A stretch of DNA of 64,000 bases from Callorhinchus milii. Its lineage: Eukaryota. The position numbers and the translations under genes are program-made. The notes beneath the pieces were generated by a model that did no database searches, was not told the origin of the DNA, and worked only from the letters and a program-made list of their open reading frames with translations. The DNA is taken from positions 81,470,001 through 81,534,000 of the forward strand of contig NW_024704743.1 in the NCBI RefSeq assembly GCF_018977255.1, written 5' to 3'. This document shows, piece after piece, positions 49,606-62,748 of the stretch (position 1 is its first letter; each line of letters opens with the position of its first letter).

Positions 49606-51478
49606 TCACAAGATTTGACATTAAAATGTGATTTTTTAGGCACCGGGTCTGGGTGTTAAACTTTGTTAAGAAGAACTACATTGAAGACTAATCTCTGTAT
49701 ATTCTTGACAGAAAATCCACTCTGAAAGAAGACCATCTGTCCTTTGGGTAACTTGAAACTTGGTGTTTAGCTGTACAGTGTTCAGCTGTGTCTGAGAGAA
49801 AATCCAAACAGAAAAGAAGAACATCCTGAAAAGAGGACGTGCAAACAAACCTCTGGAAATACACAATAAGCGAGGGGTAAAATTTGTACAATTCCTACAC
49901 ATGTTCTTAAACTTTTTTTATATAAGAAACACATATAGGAAGATCAGCAGATGGCGCCCCAATGCAGGTAAGTTTGTTCCAAAAGCAGTGTGTTAAATAC
50001 AGAGGGCGCAAGGTGGAAAGACTGAAGCAGGGAGTCTCATCTGAAGAATAACGCATCCGACAAAACAGCATCTCCGCAACACTGCATTGGAGGACGCCTA
50101 CTGTCCATTTGATGGGATACATATGACATATATTGCAAAATGTAAACCACGTTATCTTTAAACCTGTTCCCTACATTTCAGCGGAAGGGGTTTCAGACCA
50201 ATGGCGAGTCACTCACGAGGCAGCAATGTGCAGCTGCTGAGATCAGGGTCATAGCTGGGTCATGGGAGAAACTAACCTGACAATGATCAACCTTCAATTA
50301 AGCCCTGGCAGGATAACCTTTCAGAGGAATTAGTGCAGAAAAATCAGATTGTCCTGGCATGGCCAGAGCTGTACCTATTATCGTGGGGCCAACTCTCTCC
50401 TATTTCTTCTCCATCCTCTCCCCTCATCGCCCAAAACAGAGAAGGTATTTGTTGCTACTTTCCCACTGGGACTTTTCCCAGTCTTTTGGAGCCACAATAG
50501 CAGGTGTTCGTAGCCAGCAGTCAATACAGAGATTATTACAGACTCAAAGGTTAGTTATTCCCTCCCCAAAGTTGAACTACAAATCTAACAATTCAAGGCC
50601 ATTGAGTTGATTAGCTCAGTCAAATGTGAAATAATTCATTGTTTATTATCTTATTTGGACTCATTCCTAGAATTCCATCTGCAACTATGGCTATTTTCAA
50701 CTGTCCGCAGCTACTGAAAGTTTCATGGTTGTTTCTGAAATGGGGAGGGCTTGTTGGCATTGCAGTGTATGAGTTTCCTAGATAAAATTCAGGTGCTTTT
50801 ACCAATGTTCCATCTTGTTTTCAATCCAGTTTGCACTACACAGCGAATGAGGAATCCACTCATTCTGTGCAATGAGGCAAATATTCACTGTTACTGCCTG
50901 TAAACCAGTTAAGGAATGACTGATGGGTGAGGGAGAGATGATCCAAGCAAATATATTGGTATAGCTTTAATGTGACTTTCATGCAGGCGTAAAGTATACT
51001 TAACAGTACAAAACAGGGTGCCTAATACCCTCACGCTTTTATTGGCAATAAAATTATTTAAACCCCCCAAGAAATTCATTTCAGTTGTTTGTGCTGGACT
51101 GTGGATAATGACTGAGTGCACAATGTGCAGTTCACGGGTAACATAATTTCTCTGATTTATGATTCAAATAAATCATTTGTCACCACATTTCAGGGGGTCT
51201 TAAATCTGAGGCAAATTGTAAATCTGCAGTTTCCAATATAAAGAGAACAGTGGAGTGCAGGGAATGCAACAGGGATTAAGGAGAGAAAACGTCTGAGCAG
51301 ACTAAAGGATCATAGGCTGTGCAATGAAATCTGACAGAAAAACGCATCTGAATAAAAATTAAGTTTATACTTTGATTGCACCGAGACAGCAGAACAAGAG
51401 GACACAGGTCTATATTTGTAAAGGACAATTTCAGGACAGATACCAGGAAGTCTTTGTTTACCCAGAGGATAAACCACT

Positions 51479-51801
51479 GAGTCCTGTAGCTCAGTGGTTA
51501 GAGCACTCCCTTTGCAAGTGAGAGACCTGAGTTCAATTCCAGGCAGGGTGAAACCTTGGGCAAGTTTCCTTACTCCACACGCCTAATAATAATCCCTCCA
51601 AAACCAAAAACAACAATAAATTGGTCATTTTCAATCTACAACTGTTTGTGGGACATTGCTGTGCCCAATTGGCTGCCGCGTTCGCCCACAAATATACAGT
51701 CAATTCACTTTACAGTGTGTTCTGTGAAGCGCTTTGGGACGTCCTCTCGACGTGAAAAGCGCTACATCAAATGCAAGGATTATTATTATTATTATTATTA
51801 T
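51479..51801 (+). mobile_element. tRNA-derived SINE inserted in a CR1 fragment (about 51330-51920)
   Basis: Full head, body and (ATT)n tail. The flanks encode CR1-like RTRGH...F.TD.RK..FTQR and resume after the SINE. Confidence 0.9.
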
Positions 51802-52011
51802 AATTAATGACTAGAAAAGGTTGCCTGGAAGGATGGCTGAGACTAGGACACTGGACTCGTTTTAAAAAACTCAATGCTGTGGTGGGAGGACTTCAGGGTT
51901 CTGGAAGGATGAGATCAAATGTGCCAAAAGAACTTCTTTATCCGCATCTATCTTGGGATCAGGTGGTAAACTGAAGCGACCATTTTTAAAGCATTTAGTC
52001 CCTTCTCTTAC

Positions 52012-52154
52012 CTGGTGGCCAGCAGTGGATAGGTGTGGGCTGGGCTGAACCATGCTTCCTTCATGCGAGGCATGCTGTGATAAATTAGCATGTCCTTCTC
52101 AGTGAGAACGATCAGAGTAGGCTTCAACGACTGCCGTACATTCTCTCCTGTTGT
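52012..52154 (-). CDS. SNTB1: SNTB1 exon 4, TTGENVRQSLKPTLIVLTEKDMLIYHSMPRMKEAWFSPAHTYPLLATR
   Basis: gcag| acceptor, AG|GTAAGA donor, 143 nt, phase 0/2. Carries the LTEKD and YPLLATR motifs; this frame is not in the supplied ORF track. Confidence 0.94.
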
Positions 52155-52419
52155 CTGCATCGGACAAGAGAGAAACCAAGAGCATTTACGATGAGAGAAA
52201 AAGGAAGAAAGAGCAATGAATGCTTGAACTCTAAATAAAAAGTGCTAGAAATAAACCAGCAAGTTAATCATTGTTTTACTGCAAAAGAAACTTAACTTAA
52301 ATAACTAGGAATGGACAGGACTGGAAAAGAGCACTGTGGTCCATCCAGATAGTCTCCAAGTTAAAATCAATGTAGGAATATTCCTGTTCCACTCTATCTT
52401 CCATACATCGCATTTAATT

Positions 52420-52835
52420 TAACAACAACAACAAAATTACATTACTATAGTGCCTTTCACGGTGGGAGGACATCCCAAGGCAGTGGTCAGTCAGTGTTTC
52501 GGACCCGAACTGGGGTTCGGGACTGGGGAGGGCAGATGGAAGCGGGGTGATCAAAAGCACGTATCGAAGAGGAGTGTCTTGAGATGGATCTTGAAGGTGA
52601 CAATGGAGGGGGCGAGGCGGAGGGACTGTGGGATGGAGTTCCACAGAATGGGGGCAGAGTGGCAGAAGGCCCGCCCGCCTATGGTGGGTCGGGCGAGGCG
52701 GGGGATGTGAAGCAGGCTGGAGCCCATCGAGCGGAGGGAGTGGGCAGGATGGTAGGGGGTTAGGAGATCGCAGAGGTAGAGGGGAGCAAGGCCATGGAGG
52801 GCTCTGAAGGTGAGGACCAGGATCCTGAACCGTAT
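52420..52835 (-). mobile_element. L2 3' fragment
   Basis: Encodes RIRFRILVLTFRALHGLAP...LWNSIP..FKIHLKTLLF. Confidence 0.9.
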
Positions 52836-53494
52836 CCACAAATTTAACCACAAACAACACTTTCATTTCCCCACTCACCCACCTAATGCACATATTCACA
52901 CTGGGGTCTAAAACATTGCAATTTCTAGTGATATTTCTTAATAAGAAACCCAAGTCATGTATCAAATGCAAACATTATTATTAATGGATGGCAGGGTGTT
53001 CTTGAAGCCATTTCTATGGAGAGCAACTGAGGGGCTTCTTGAAACCTTGGTGGCATCCCAGGCTTTGTTTCAGCAGCAATTAGAGATGTATCCTTAATTT
53101 AATTCCTTTGTGTATCGCCCACAGCTCACCCCTCCTATTTTGAGTCACTTGTAGAACAATCACTGTTACATGTTAGAGAATCTCCAGTCCTCTCTGGGAT
53201 TTCAATTTGAAGTTTCCTCTAATATAAGGGTCAATTTCTCGGCAAAACAGACAAAACCAGCCTGCGCTTCCATTCAAGAGCAAACACCATGTGAAAATAG
53301 TTTTCTAATCGAATCAGCAGCTTCCTCTAATACCGCTGAAGAGATAAGAAGCTCTTTGTTTCTGCTCATAATCATTTTTTAATGCTGAATTTCTGTCAGA
53401 TTGTGGGAAAACAATCATATACAGTTGGGCTCCTGTTGTTTGGTTGCCAGATATCACCAAAATAAATCGAATGGTGGTTTGTGAACATACACTT

Positions 53495-53870
53495 TTTTTG
53501 TTCAGCCATGTGGAAACGCATATCATCATGCTTAAAGTGTCCAATCCACACTGAGAGTTGTACATATATATGCAACCTTCACATGGAAATTTCCTTATGG
53601 CTGGTATGTAATGCGTACTCTCTACCATCCATCATGCTTACCCAATTCTGGAGAGTATCAGGCACAGGATGGCAAGAGCCATGACTTGGGGACCTCAGAG
53701 TGTGAGTGGGATACTGCTGGAATCTAACCAGCTAAAAACAATCTTACCATTAAGAGCACTGTCTGGCAAGCTTCCCACTGCTTGTCCAGCTAGAACTACC
53801 CTACCCATTAGAACCTTGCTTGCAGGCTTAACAGGAGACGAGTGGGAAGAATCCCCGCCCCCAGTGCAAA
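53495..53870 (-). repeat. Unidentified interspersed repeat, copy C
   Basis: Reverse complement of copies A and D (ctaaccagctaaaa, gcttgtccagc). Confidence 0.78.
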
Positions 53871-54725
53871 AATGTCTTTCCATCATCGCAATCCTTAAGC
53901 AACAATGTCAAAATATCTATGCAAGCACAGAGGGTTAGTTTCCTTTGACACTGTGCTTCTTGACTATGGGGTCATATCTCCTCCATTCAGAGGGGACGTC
54001 CTCCCAACTCCTTTTATGAGAGGATGTCCCAGACCATGAAAGGAACTATACAAATGTCATTTATTGTTGTTGTTGTAACAGGAAGTCTGACTAGCTGAAA
54101 CTTAAGAGACATGAAAGAGATTTCACATTGCTAGTCAGCTCCAGAGACAAACACATAGTTTAAAGTGATATCACAAATTCCTCGATGACAAATCATCTTC
54201 AATTATTCAAATTTTCAAATACAATCAATTGTAATTCAAGTAGGCCTGGATGTCACGAGGAGTGGGCGGATTGCAGAATTCAACACAAATGTAACAGGTT
54301 TTTGAGAGTAATCCACTCACTGCTACCTACATACATGATAAATTGCTAGAAAAAACACAGATTCAGATCGTTTGTTGACACCTTATAATGTCAAATTCTA
54401 TCACAGTTGGACAGAGCACACTGCAACACATAACAATGTGCCATTTGTAAGTGCCATTCATACAGAGAATGACATTGGTCCAACAATGGACAATGAAAAT
54501 TCCCTCTCTCCTACCCCCAGCCTTGGCACAAACTATTTTTGTCCTACAAGTGGTGTTCCAATGCTGCAGATTTACTAAACAAAAGTTGGTTTCCTGTCAT
54601 TTGCTTAGCCGAAGATCTTCTCAAGAACAGCCTTAGGGGGTGTCATGCCTGTAAATATTCAAGATGGTGACTCACAGGAGATGCACACTATTCACAGGGA
54701 CACACATCATTAATGCACAAACACA

Positions 54726-54810
54726 TACACCATTCATAAAGTGACGTACACCATTCATACAATGACATACACCATTCATACACAAACACATACTCCATTC
54801 ATACAGACAT
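54726..54810. repeat. Short minisatellite, 4 units of about 21 bp (taca/tccattcata core)
   Basis: Direct reading. Confidence 0.8.
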
Positions 54811-55972
54811 GCATCTTTCATTACAGGTGATTCAAATTTGAAAAGTGGACATTTCTCTTCAGACAGAGAATATTCTTTCTGGCATGTACTGTAATAAAAA
54901 CATCACAGAAATGTAACTGAACTTCAGTCTGAAGAGGAATAAGATGCTTCTACTAATGTTTTTGCTTGCAGTAATGTCCATTGATACTGCTGCAGTACTT
55001 CACTATTTGCAAATGTACACAGACTGCAGCTTTCAATATAAATATTTATTTTTGACTCCACCATAAACTTCATCCAGAAGCCTTGCTTATACAATACATT
55101 CAGATATAAAGTACAGATCCATTGCTGACCCGGAAACAAAATTTTATCAAAAGCATCGGTTATTGCACTCCATGAATCAGAAAAAAAAACTTTGCTTCAT
55201 TCAAACGCAGCATTGGAAAGTGTTGTGAGTTTATTACTTCTATTACAAATTTTATGGAGGAAGTGAGGCATTTGTTAAATAGCCTTAGAACCAAAATGTA
55301 AACTTGAATGTAATCCAATGTTCCTCATATCTATAGATTACAGTGTAGGAAATTATTTATCTTTAAGTTTAACGGACTCCGTTCCCTTCTCTCATCATCA
55401 ACAACGGAGATGTGTCCTGAAGAGAGAGTTCACTGCAGCAAAGCACTCGGAAATAATGCCAAGGGTTTTTACCACCACTTTGGCTCTCAAATACCCCCAA
55501 AGTTGCATTTCATCCACTCAATGTGGGTTGTAAAATTTCTGATTCGGGAGCTACGTTAAATCGATAGATTGCAGGTGGGTAATTCTAATGCAAAACACAT
55601 AAACAGGAAGGAAACTTTTCAGCATTTTTCACAGCATGGATCTAGCCTGTCACAGCAAAGCTACCACTGAGTTTTTAACACCATGCGTGAACTTTTTTTT
55701 CTAAGGAAAAATATGTTTTTAAAAACAATTTTTAGAAAGTCTTAAAAGAAAAATGACATTTTAGTAAATCAGGAAAAGTTCTGTTGAGCAGATGTCTCAG
55801 TCTGTACAGCAGACTCTACAATAGAAAATCAATAAGCAAAGTCATTCAGTAACATAGGGGCATGGGGAACGGTGATCATCTATGCATCGCATCAATCCTA
55901 CCGTTAAAGGAAGAGTCAATACCATGCTCCTAAAGTTACTTAGAGCATCTTTCTTTTGACATAATCGATTAT

Positions 55973-56512
55973 TTCAGAACTCTGCAGCTCGTATACTGTC
56001 CTGCACCAGGCTTCGGGACCACATCACTCCCACCCTCGCTCGCCTCCACTGGCTCCCCATCCCCCAGAAGATCGATTTCAAGATCCTCATCCTCACCTAC
56101 AAGGCCATTCACTGCCTTGCTCCCTCCTACCTCTCCGACCTACTATCCCCCTACATACTTGCCCGTACCCTCCGTTCCTCTGGCTCCGGTCTGCTCCACA
56201 TCCCCCGCCTCAACCGCCCTACCATCGGTGGCCGGGCCTTCAGCCTCTCAGCCCCGAGGCTCTGGAACTCCATCCCCAGTGCCTTCGCCGCCTCCTCCCT
56301 TTCCTCCTTCAAGGCCGGTCTCAAGACCTTTCTCTTTGACCGTGCCTTCAGCTCCCCTCTTGACTCTCTACCCCCTCCTCGCTCCTTCCCTTCCCTCCCC
56401 TCACCCTGACCATTTCCCCCCTGCTCGGGTCCTGACCCAACTGTACAGCGCCTTGGGACGTCCTCCCGACGTGAAAGGAGCTCTATAAATGGAATCTTGT
56501 TGTTGTTGTTGT
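55973..56512 (+). mobile_element. Young L2 3' fragment
   Basis: Near-identical to about 61715-62298; (GTT)n tail. Confidence 0.92.
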
Positions 56513-57244
56513 ATTAACTGCCGAGAAAAAAAAAATGCATTTTGGTTTTCTTAAGATATCTCATTATTGGATTCTTGGAGGTACAATTTTATAAAGTGGA
56601 AATAAAAGCAGAAGAATAAGTGGCTATGCACATTCAAGAGTCTTTTCACTAAAGGAAACTACCCTCCACGCCAGGGAATAGTGATACCATGGTGATACAT
56701 AGTACCAATGTGGGGGGGGGCATTATTTACAGTGATTCATTAAACAATTTTCAAGTCTGGAATCCTGCAATGCTCAATTGTATCCCATGACAACTCACTA
56801 GTCTTTGCAGGGAGGCTGAACTTGGCCTATTTTCTGCCTCTCTGGCCCTAATTTGACTTCACAGAAGTCAGTAATAAGGTCAGTGTCCGAGCCTTGCTAA
56901 ATAGGTGCTACTTTTAACTAGTAGCCTGGGGCAGCATGGGTGGCACTAATTGAACTATATCAAAGAAGGCGAGTCTACAAAGGGGTTTAATGACATCCTT
57001 AACAACAGGTTTGGGAATAAATACACCCTTGTTTTTGGGAGAATGGTTTCTCTCTTAGATGTTTCAAAGGGGTCTTTGTTTTTAATTTAGCGAGAGTCCG
57101 ATTTCTTCATTCATAGTCATTAGAGCCTTTTTTTAAATCTTTTGATATCTTCATTTTCAAAAAAAATAATTTTTAGGCAAAGAAGCATCAAATCCAGGTT
57201 CTCCTTGTCACAGGACTTTCCCAATCTTTCCAATCACCCCTTGC

Positions 57245-57645
57245 ATGGATCGGGATAATTCGTCCCACTCAGCTCCCGTTAACCCTGCAAGCCAAAGCCC
57301 TAAAGGGCCAGTTGGCTCAGGCTGGACAAGCAGCTGGAAAGCTTGCCAAAGAGTGTTTTCAAAGGCAAGCTTTCCAGTTTTAGCTGGTTAGACTCCAGCA
57401 GTACCCCAAAGCACACTCTGGGATCCCCAAGCCTTGGCTATTGCCAACCTGCGCCTATTCCTCTAAAATTAGGTAACCAGGATGCATCCCTCCAGGGAGA
57501 GAATGCACATTTCAATAAATATTTTGGAAATGTCCGTGTATAAGTTGGATGCATTGAACTTAGTTTGGTTTGGATACTCATAAGCATGGTTATGTATTTC
57601 CGCATGTGTCAGACACTCGACTGACCAAAAATAACAATAAATAAA
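57245..57645 (+). repeat. Unidentified interspersed repeat, copy D, with A-rich 3' end
   Basis: Aligns with copies A, B and C; ends gactgaccaaaaataacaataaataaa. Confidence 0.8.
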
Positions 57646-57875
57646 GGGCAAATGTCAACAAACCAGGGAAAGTTATCCAGGAGCCTGCATTGTGGAGAGG
57701 GCAGAGTGCTACAAAACAAACTAGCAGCTGTTGTATAAACAGGATGTTAGGCAGGAAGTTATTCACTACTGCTATCTCATTTTACTGGTCATTATTTTCA
57801 CAGTCTAATTACTGCCAACCATGTGCAATTTCTCCCAACCCCACAGCAAATAATAAAATTTTCATTCAGTCTTAC

Positions 57876-58083
57876 CTTTTCTGCAAGCCAACCTATATGT
57901 CGAATCTCTCGACTCCCGGCTAACCCTGTTCTTCCCAGTTGCTCTTTGACCTCTGCAATCACCTTAGGGGTAAGGTTGTTGGTGTTGGCCTGAACAGTGT
58001 TAAACCAGGCCTGGGCCATTGTTGGATCTTTACACCGTAGGACGACCGTGTGCTTACAGTCAGGGGAATGTAGTTCAAACTGT
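57876..58083 (-). CDS. SNTB1: SNTB1 exon 3, QFELHSPDCKHTVVLRCKDPTMAQAWF...REIRHIGWLAEK
   Basis: tttcag| acceptor, AAG|GTAAGA donor, 208 nt, phase 2/0. Covers the end of split PH1 and the start of PH2. Confidence 0.95.
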
Positions 58084-58919
58084 CTGAAAGAAAGAACAAT
58101 TACAAAGTCAAGTACAAATTTCCATTCAATTCAAAGATGTGTTCTGCATCCGAGTTAATGGCCATATCTTTTGTTTCTAATTTAACGAGGGCCTGATCTC
58201 TTCAGTCCTAGCTCTTCATTCATTGTAACGCTATCTCCATATTTGTGTGCGTACATCTCTCTTTCTAACCATATAAATATATCTTTTTGAGGTCGAAACT
58301 ACTATTATAACTGTTGATAGGTAAAGTCAGATTATAACAGATGGTACCTCATGTTGAATAGTAATCAACAGACCTCACCACGTATGAAATAGCAACGTAC
58401 TATACTGTGCAGTAAATAATAACTAGCAGATTGTCCCACACATTAATTAGACATCATTGGCTGATGTACCAGGCAAGAACTTTTCCCTCTTGGACTCTGG
58501 CTAGAATCCAGGTGAAATTTCAGATTGTAAGGGTCCTGTGTTAAATTGCTTAAGCGCACAGTACAAAACTGCTCATAAATGAGCAGTCAAAAATTATTTT
58601 TATTCATTACTTCTCAACCATCCATGAGTATCAAAAGATGCCAACATTTAGAAAGTAACTATATCAATTTCAGTCAGGCATGTCTCATTGTATGTATCAC
58701 TTAACACTCAATAATAGGCATTGTTTGAAGTACAATGGAACCTCTTCTAATTGTCCTCATTTATCTGCTTTCCTTGTTATTCAGCAAAATCACAACAGTA
58801 GGAAGAGCAGTTGTAGGATATTCAGATTGTAATTGATGATGTGGACACTGTAAGAGCTGGAGATGCCGAAACTTGCTACTGTCATTTGTTTGATGTTTGA
58901 TTGATGTCAGATGGAAGAT

Positions 58920-59640
58920 GTCAGGTTCGACCTAGGCGTCAGGTTCGACTCCCAATTATCCTTCTTCCCCCACATCCGGACCCTCACTAGTACCGTCTTC
59001 TTTCATCTCCGATGCATCGCCCGCCTCCGCCAATACCTCTGTCCGAAAGCCGCTGAAACTCTAGTCCATGCCTTTGTCACCTCTCGGCTGGACTAGTCTA
59101 ACGCCCTCCTCGCCGGTCTCCCATCCACTACCATCCATAAAATCCAGATCATTCAAAACTCTGCCACCTGCATTCTCACTCGCACCAAACTCCGCTCCCC
59201 GATTATCCCAGTCCTCGCCAGACCGCACTGGCTCCCTGTCCCAGAGAGGATTGATTTCAAGATCCTCACCATTGTATTCAAATCCCTCCACTCCTCTGCA
59301 CGCTCCTACCTCTCTGACCTCTCTCCTCAAAACAGTACCCATTGTCTTCGTTCCTCCGTGTCTGGCCTCCTCCTCGTCCCCCAAGTCTTCCGCTCCACTC
59401 TCGGTTGCCGTGCCTTCAGCCACTATGCCCCGAGGCTCTGGAATTCCCTATCTCACTCCCTTCACCTCGCTCCCTCTCTTCCTATTTTCAAGTCTCTGCT
59501 GAAGACCTTTCTCTTCCACCGCGTCTTTCGTCACCTTCCTCCCCATCCCCCTGGCTCGGCTCCGGGATCCGATACTGTAAAACGCTCTGAGACTCCGTCC
59601 AGCGTGGAGGGTGCTATATAAATCCAAGTTGTTGTTGTTG
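58920..59640 (+). mobile_element. L2 fragment of a distinct subfamily
   Basis: DLGVRFDSQLSF, HAFVTSRLD and LWNSL..FKSLLKTFLF motifs; different tail sequence. Confidence 0.88.
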
Positions 59641-60935
59641 GAAGCACTCTTGCTTCTGAGTCAGAAGTTTGTGGGTTCAAGCCCCATATCGGGACTTTGA
59701 GTTTTAGTCTAGGCTGGCATTCTAGTACAATGCTGGGGGAGTACTGAATTTGTTGGATGTGCCAACCTGCAGATGATTCATTAAAATAAGATCTTATCTA
59801 CCTCTTCAGATAGACGTTAAGGATTCAATGTTACACTCTCTGACTTCCACATGTATGCAGGACACCCAACTCTGTCTCTCTGCCTCCACCCTCGACTCTA
59901 GGACCACTGCTTTCCTGACAGAATGTTTGTCAGACATCAAGTCCTGGATGAGAGCTAACTTTCTCCAGTTGAACGTCAGCAAGACCCTCCTGTTTGGCTC
60001 CCATCAGTACCTCCACATCTCAGGCACTGTCACTATCCAGGGATGTACACTCCACCTCACTGAGCCAGTCCGGAACCTTGGCATCTGGTTTGACTCCTTT
60101 CTAACCCACATCTGTCCCATGATCCGCTTTGCTTTCCCCCACCTCCTCAAAATTGCCTGGCTCTGCCACTGTTTCTCCCCTCAGGCCGCCGATATCCTCA
60201 TCCACGCATTTATTACATATAGACTTGACGACTCCAACTCCTTGTTTGTCAGCCTTCCCAACTCTTCATTCCACAAGCTGCAGATCATTCAGAACTGTGC
60301 AACTCACATCCTCTCCCGCACCAGGCTCCATGACCCTAACAACCCACCCTCGCCCACCTCCCTATCCCCCAGAAGATATAGTTCAAAATCCTCATCCTCG
60401 CCTTTAAAGCCCTCCTGGCCTTGCTCCTTCTGACCTCTGTGACCTGCTAACCTCATATTAACCTGTCCACTCCCTCCGCTCAGAAGGCTCTGACCTGCTC
60501 CACGTCCCTTGCCCGGCCCACCCCACCATCGGTGGTCAGATCTTCAGCCTCTCTGCCCACACTCCATCCAACAGTCCCTTCGCCTTGCTCTCTCCCTTAC
60601 CTCAATCAAGGCATGTCCCAAGTCCCAGCTTTTCAACCGCACCTTCGGCCACCCTCCTACCTGTACCCTCCCTGCCATCCACCCCTCCTGATCCCCACTC
60701 CTTGATCGGGTCCCAATCCCTGACAGTCCAGCACCTTAGGACATCCTCCCGACGTGAAAGGCGCTATACGAACGTAATTTGTTGTTGTCATTATAGGACA
60801 TTCCTGAGCGCAAATTGGCTGCTGCAGTCCTACAAATACATAGTCACTACACTTTCCATTAAATAAACTCCATGAAGCACTTTGGAACATTTCAAAGTGA
60901 TAAGGCGATATATCAAATGCAAGGATTATTAACAA
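59641..60935 (+). mobile_element. DeuSINE-like element split by an L2 (about 59840-60790)
   Basis: Head agcactcttgcttctgagtcagaag..gggttcaagccc and Deu-like domain at 59641-59838; SINE 3' part resumes at 60795-60935; L2 RT remnants lie between. Confidence 0.72.
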
Positions 60936-61204
60936 CATCTAACAAGGTCTTGTCTAATAGCTGAAACAGCATGTACCCAACACTTATTGATTCTTCCCAC
61001 TAGGTGGTGAGGATTTGAACAAGCAAATCATTTGCAAACACTTTGACAATAGAGGCAAACGTATAATCAGATATGCAAAGCCAGCGAGTACTGCAATCAC
61101 AGCACAAGTATTTTAAAATCTGGGTCTTGAGCATAAATGGTGCAATTTCCACAGTTAAAGAAATCAGAGGAATTTGTTGGTGAATCCAAAATGAGAGGGC
61201 ATAC

Positions 61205-62442
61205 ATCTAAAATAGTTAATGGTAGATCTTATAAGGAGTTCAGGGGGAAACTTTCACACAGAGGTTGGTGAGAATGTGGAACTCACTGCTGGAAGCTGTG
61301 GTTGAAGCAAACAGCAAACCAATGTGTTTAATGGGTCCGACATCGAGTCCTGGACGAGAGACAACTTTCTTCAGCTCAACGTGCGAAAAACCGAGGCCCT
61401 CCTGATTGGTTCGCGTCAGCGCCTCCGCACCTCAGGCGCCGACACCATCAGCATCCAAGGCTGCACTCTCCACCTCTCAAAGCCGGTCAGGAACCTCGGC
61501 GTTTTGTTCGACCCTGAGCTGTCCTTTCTCCCTCACATCCGCACCACAACTGGCACCGCCTTCCATCACCTCCGGAACATCGCCAGACTACGCCATTACC
61601 TCACCCCTCACGCTGCTGAAACCCTGGTTCACGCCTTTGTCACCTCAAGGCTGGACTATGGGAACTCTCTCCTCGCCGGCCTTCCCGCCACCTCCCTCCA
61701 CAAGCTGCAGGTCATTCAGAACTCTGCAGCTCGTGTACTGTCCCGCACCAGGCTTCGGGACCACATCACTCCCACCCTCGCTCGCCTCCACTGGCTCCCC
61801 ATCCCCCAGAGGATCGAATTCAAGATCCTCATCCTCACCTACAAGGCCATTCACGGCCTCGCTCCCTCCTACCTCTCCAACCTACTATCCCCCTACCTAC
61901 CTGCCCGTACCCTCCGTTCCTCCGGCTCCGGTCTGCTCCACGTCCCCCGCCCCAACCGCCCTACCATTGGTGGTCGGGCCTTCAGCCTCTCAGCCCCGAG
62001 GCTCTGGAACTCTATCCCCCAGTGCCTTCGCCGCCTCCTCCCTTTCCTCCTTCAAGGCCGGTCTCAAGACCTTTCTCTTTGACCGAGCCTTCAGCTCCCC
62101 TCTCGACTCTCTTCCCCCTTCTCGCTCCCTCCCATCCCTCCCCTCACCCTGACCATTTCCCCCCTCCTCGCTCCCTCCCCTCCCCTCACCCTGACCATTT
62201 CCCCCCTGCTCGGGTCATGACCCAACTGTGCAGCGCCTTGGGACGTCCTCCTGACGTGAAAGGCGCTTTATAAATGGAATCTTGTTGTTGTTGTTGTTAA
62301 GAGAAAACATGAGAAAGCGTATAGAGGGATACTGGAGAGGGAAATAAGAAGGATAGGGGCTTGTGTGGAATATAAACACTGGCATGGACTAAATGGGTTA
62401 AATGGCCTGTTTCCATGCCATATCACTCTATGTAACTCTATG
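61205..62442 (+). mobile_element. CR1 3' end interrupted by a young L2
   Basis: cacagaggttggtgagaatgtggaactcactgc before the L2; aaatggcctgtttccatgcc...ctctatg tail after it. Confidence 0.75.
61336..62298 (+). mobile_element. Young L2 LINE, 5'-truncated, stop-free ~250-aa RT C-terminal ORF
   Basis: ORF 61324-62082 is uninterrupted; ~45-bp tandem duplication in the 3' UTR (about 62115-62205); (GTT)n tail. Confidence 0.95.
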
Positions 62443-62639
62443 TTGAACTGACACCTTCCCTGTTTGTATGGATCAGTTATTCAAAGTTATTCAAATGCCT
62501 GGAGCTATAGTGGGACCTATTGTCTCTATACTTCCCACATCAGTTTTAAAGTAATGGAAGCCTGAGTTATTGTCACATCTCCTGTCTCAGCTCACTCAAT
62601 CCAGTTGTAGTCTTAACTCACTCAATACCTGAATACACA

Positions 62640-62748
62640 TTTTACCCACAAAATACACAAGAATATACAGATTATCCTTTGAAGCGCTTTGAGACGTCTT
62701 GATGATGTGATAAGAAGTATATCAAATGCAGTGATCATTATTATTATA
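62640..62748 (+). mobile_element. SINE 3' tail
   Basis: gaagcgctttgagacgtcttgatgatgtgataag...atcaaatgcag...ttatt. Confidence 0.7.

Noticed and set aside
54726..54810. Repeat-spacer-like pattern (possible CRISPR)
   Set aside because: Units of about 21 bp with short, mutually similar linkers, no cas genes and a eukaryotic intron context. This is an ordinary minisatellite.
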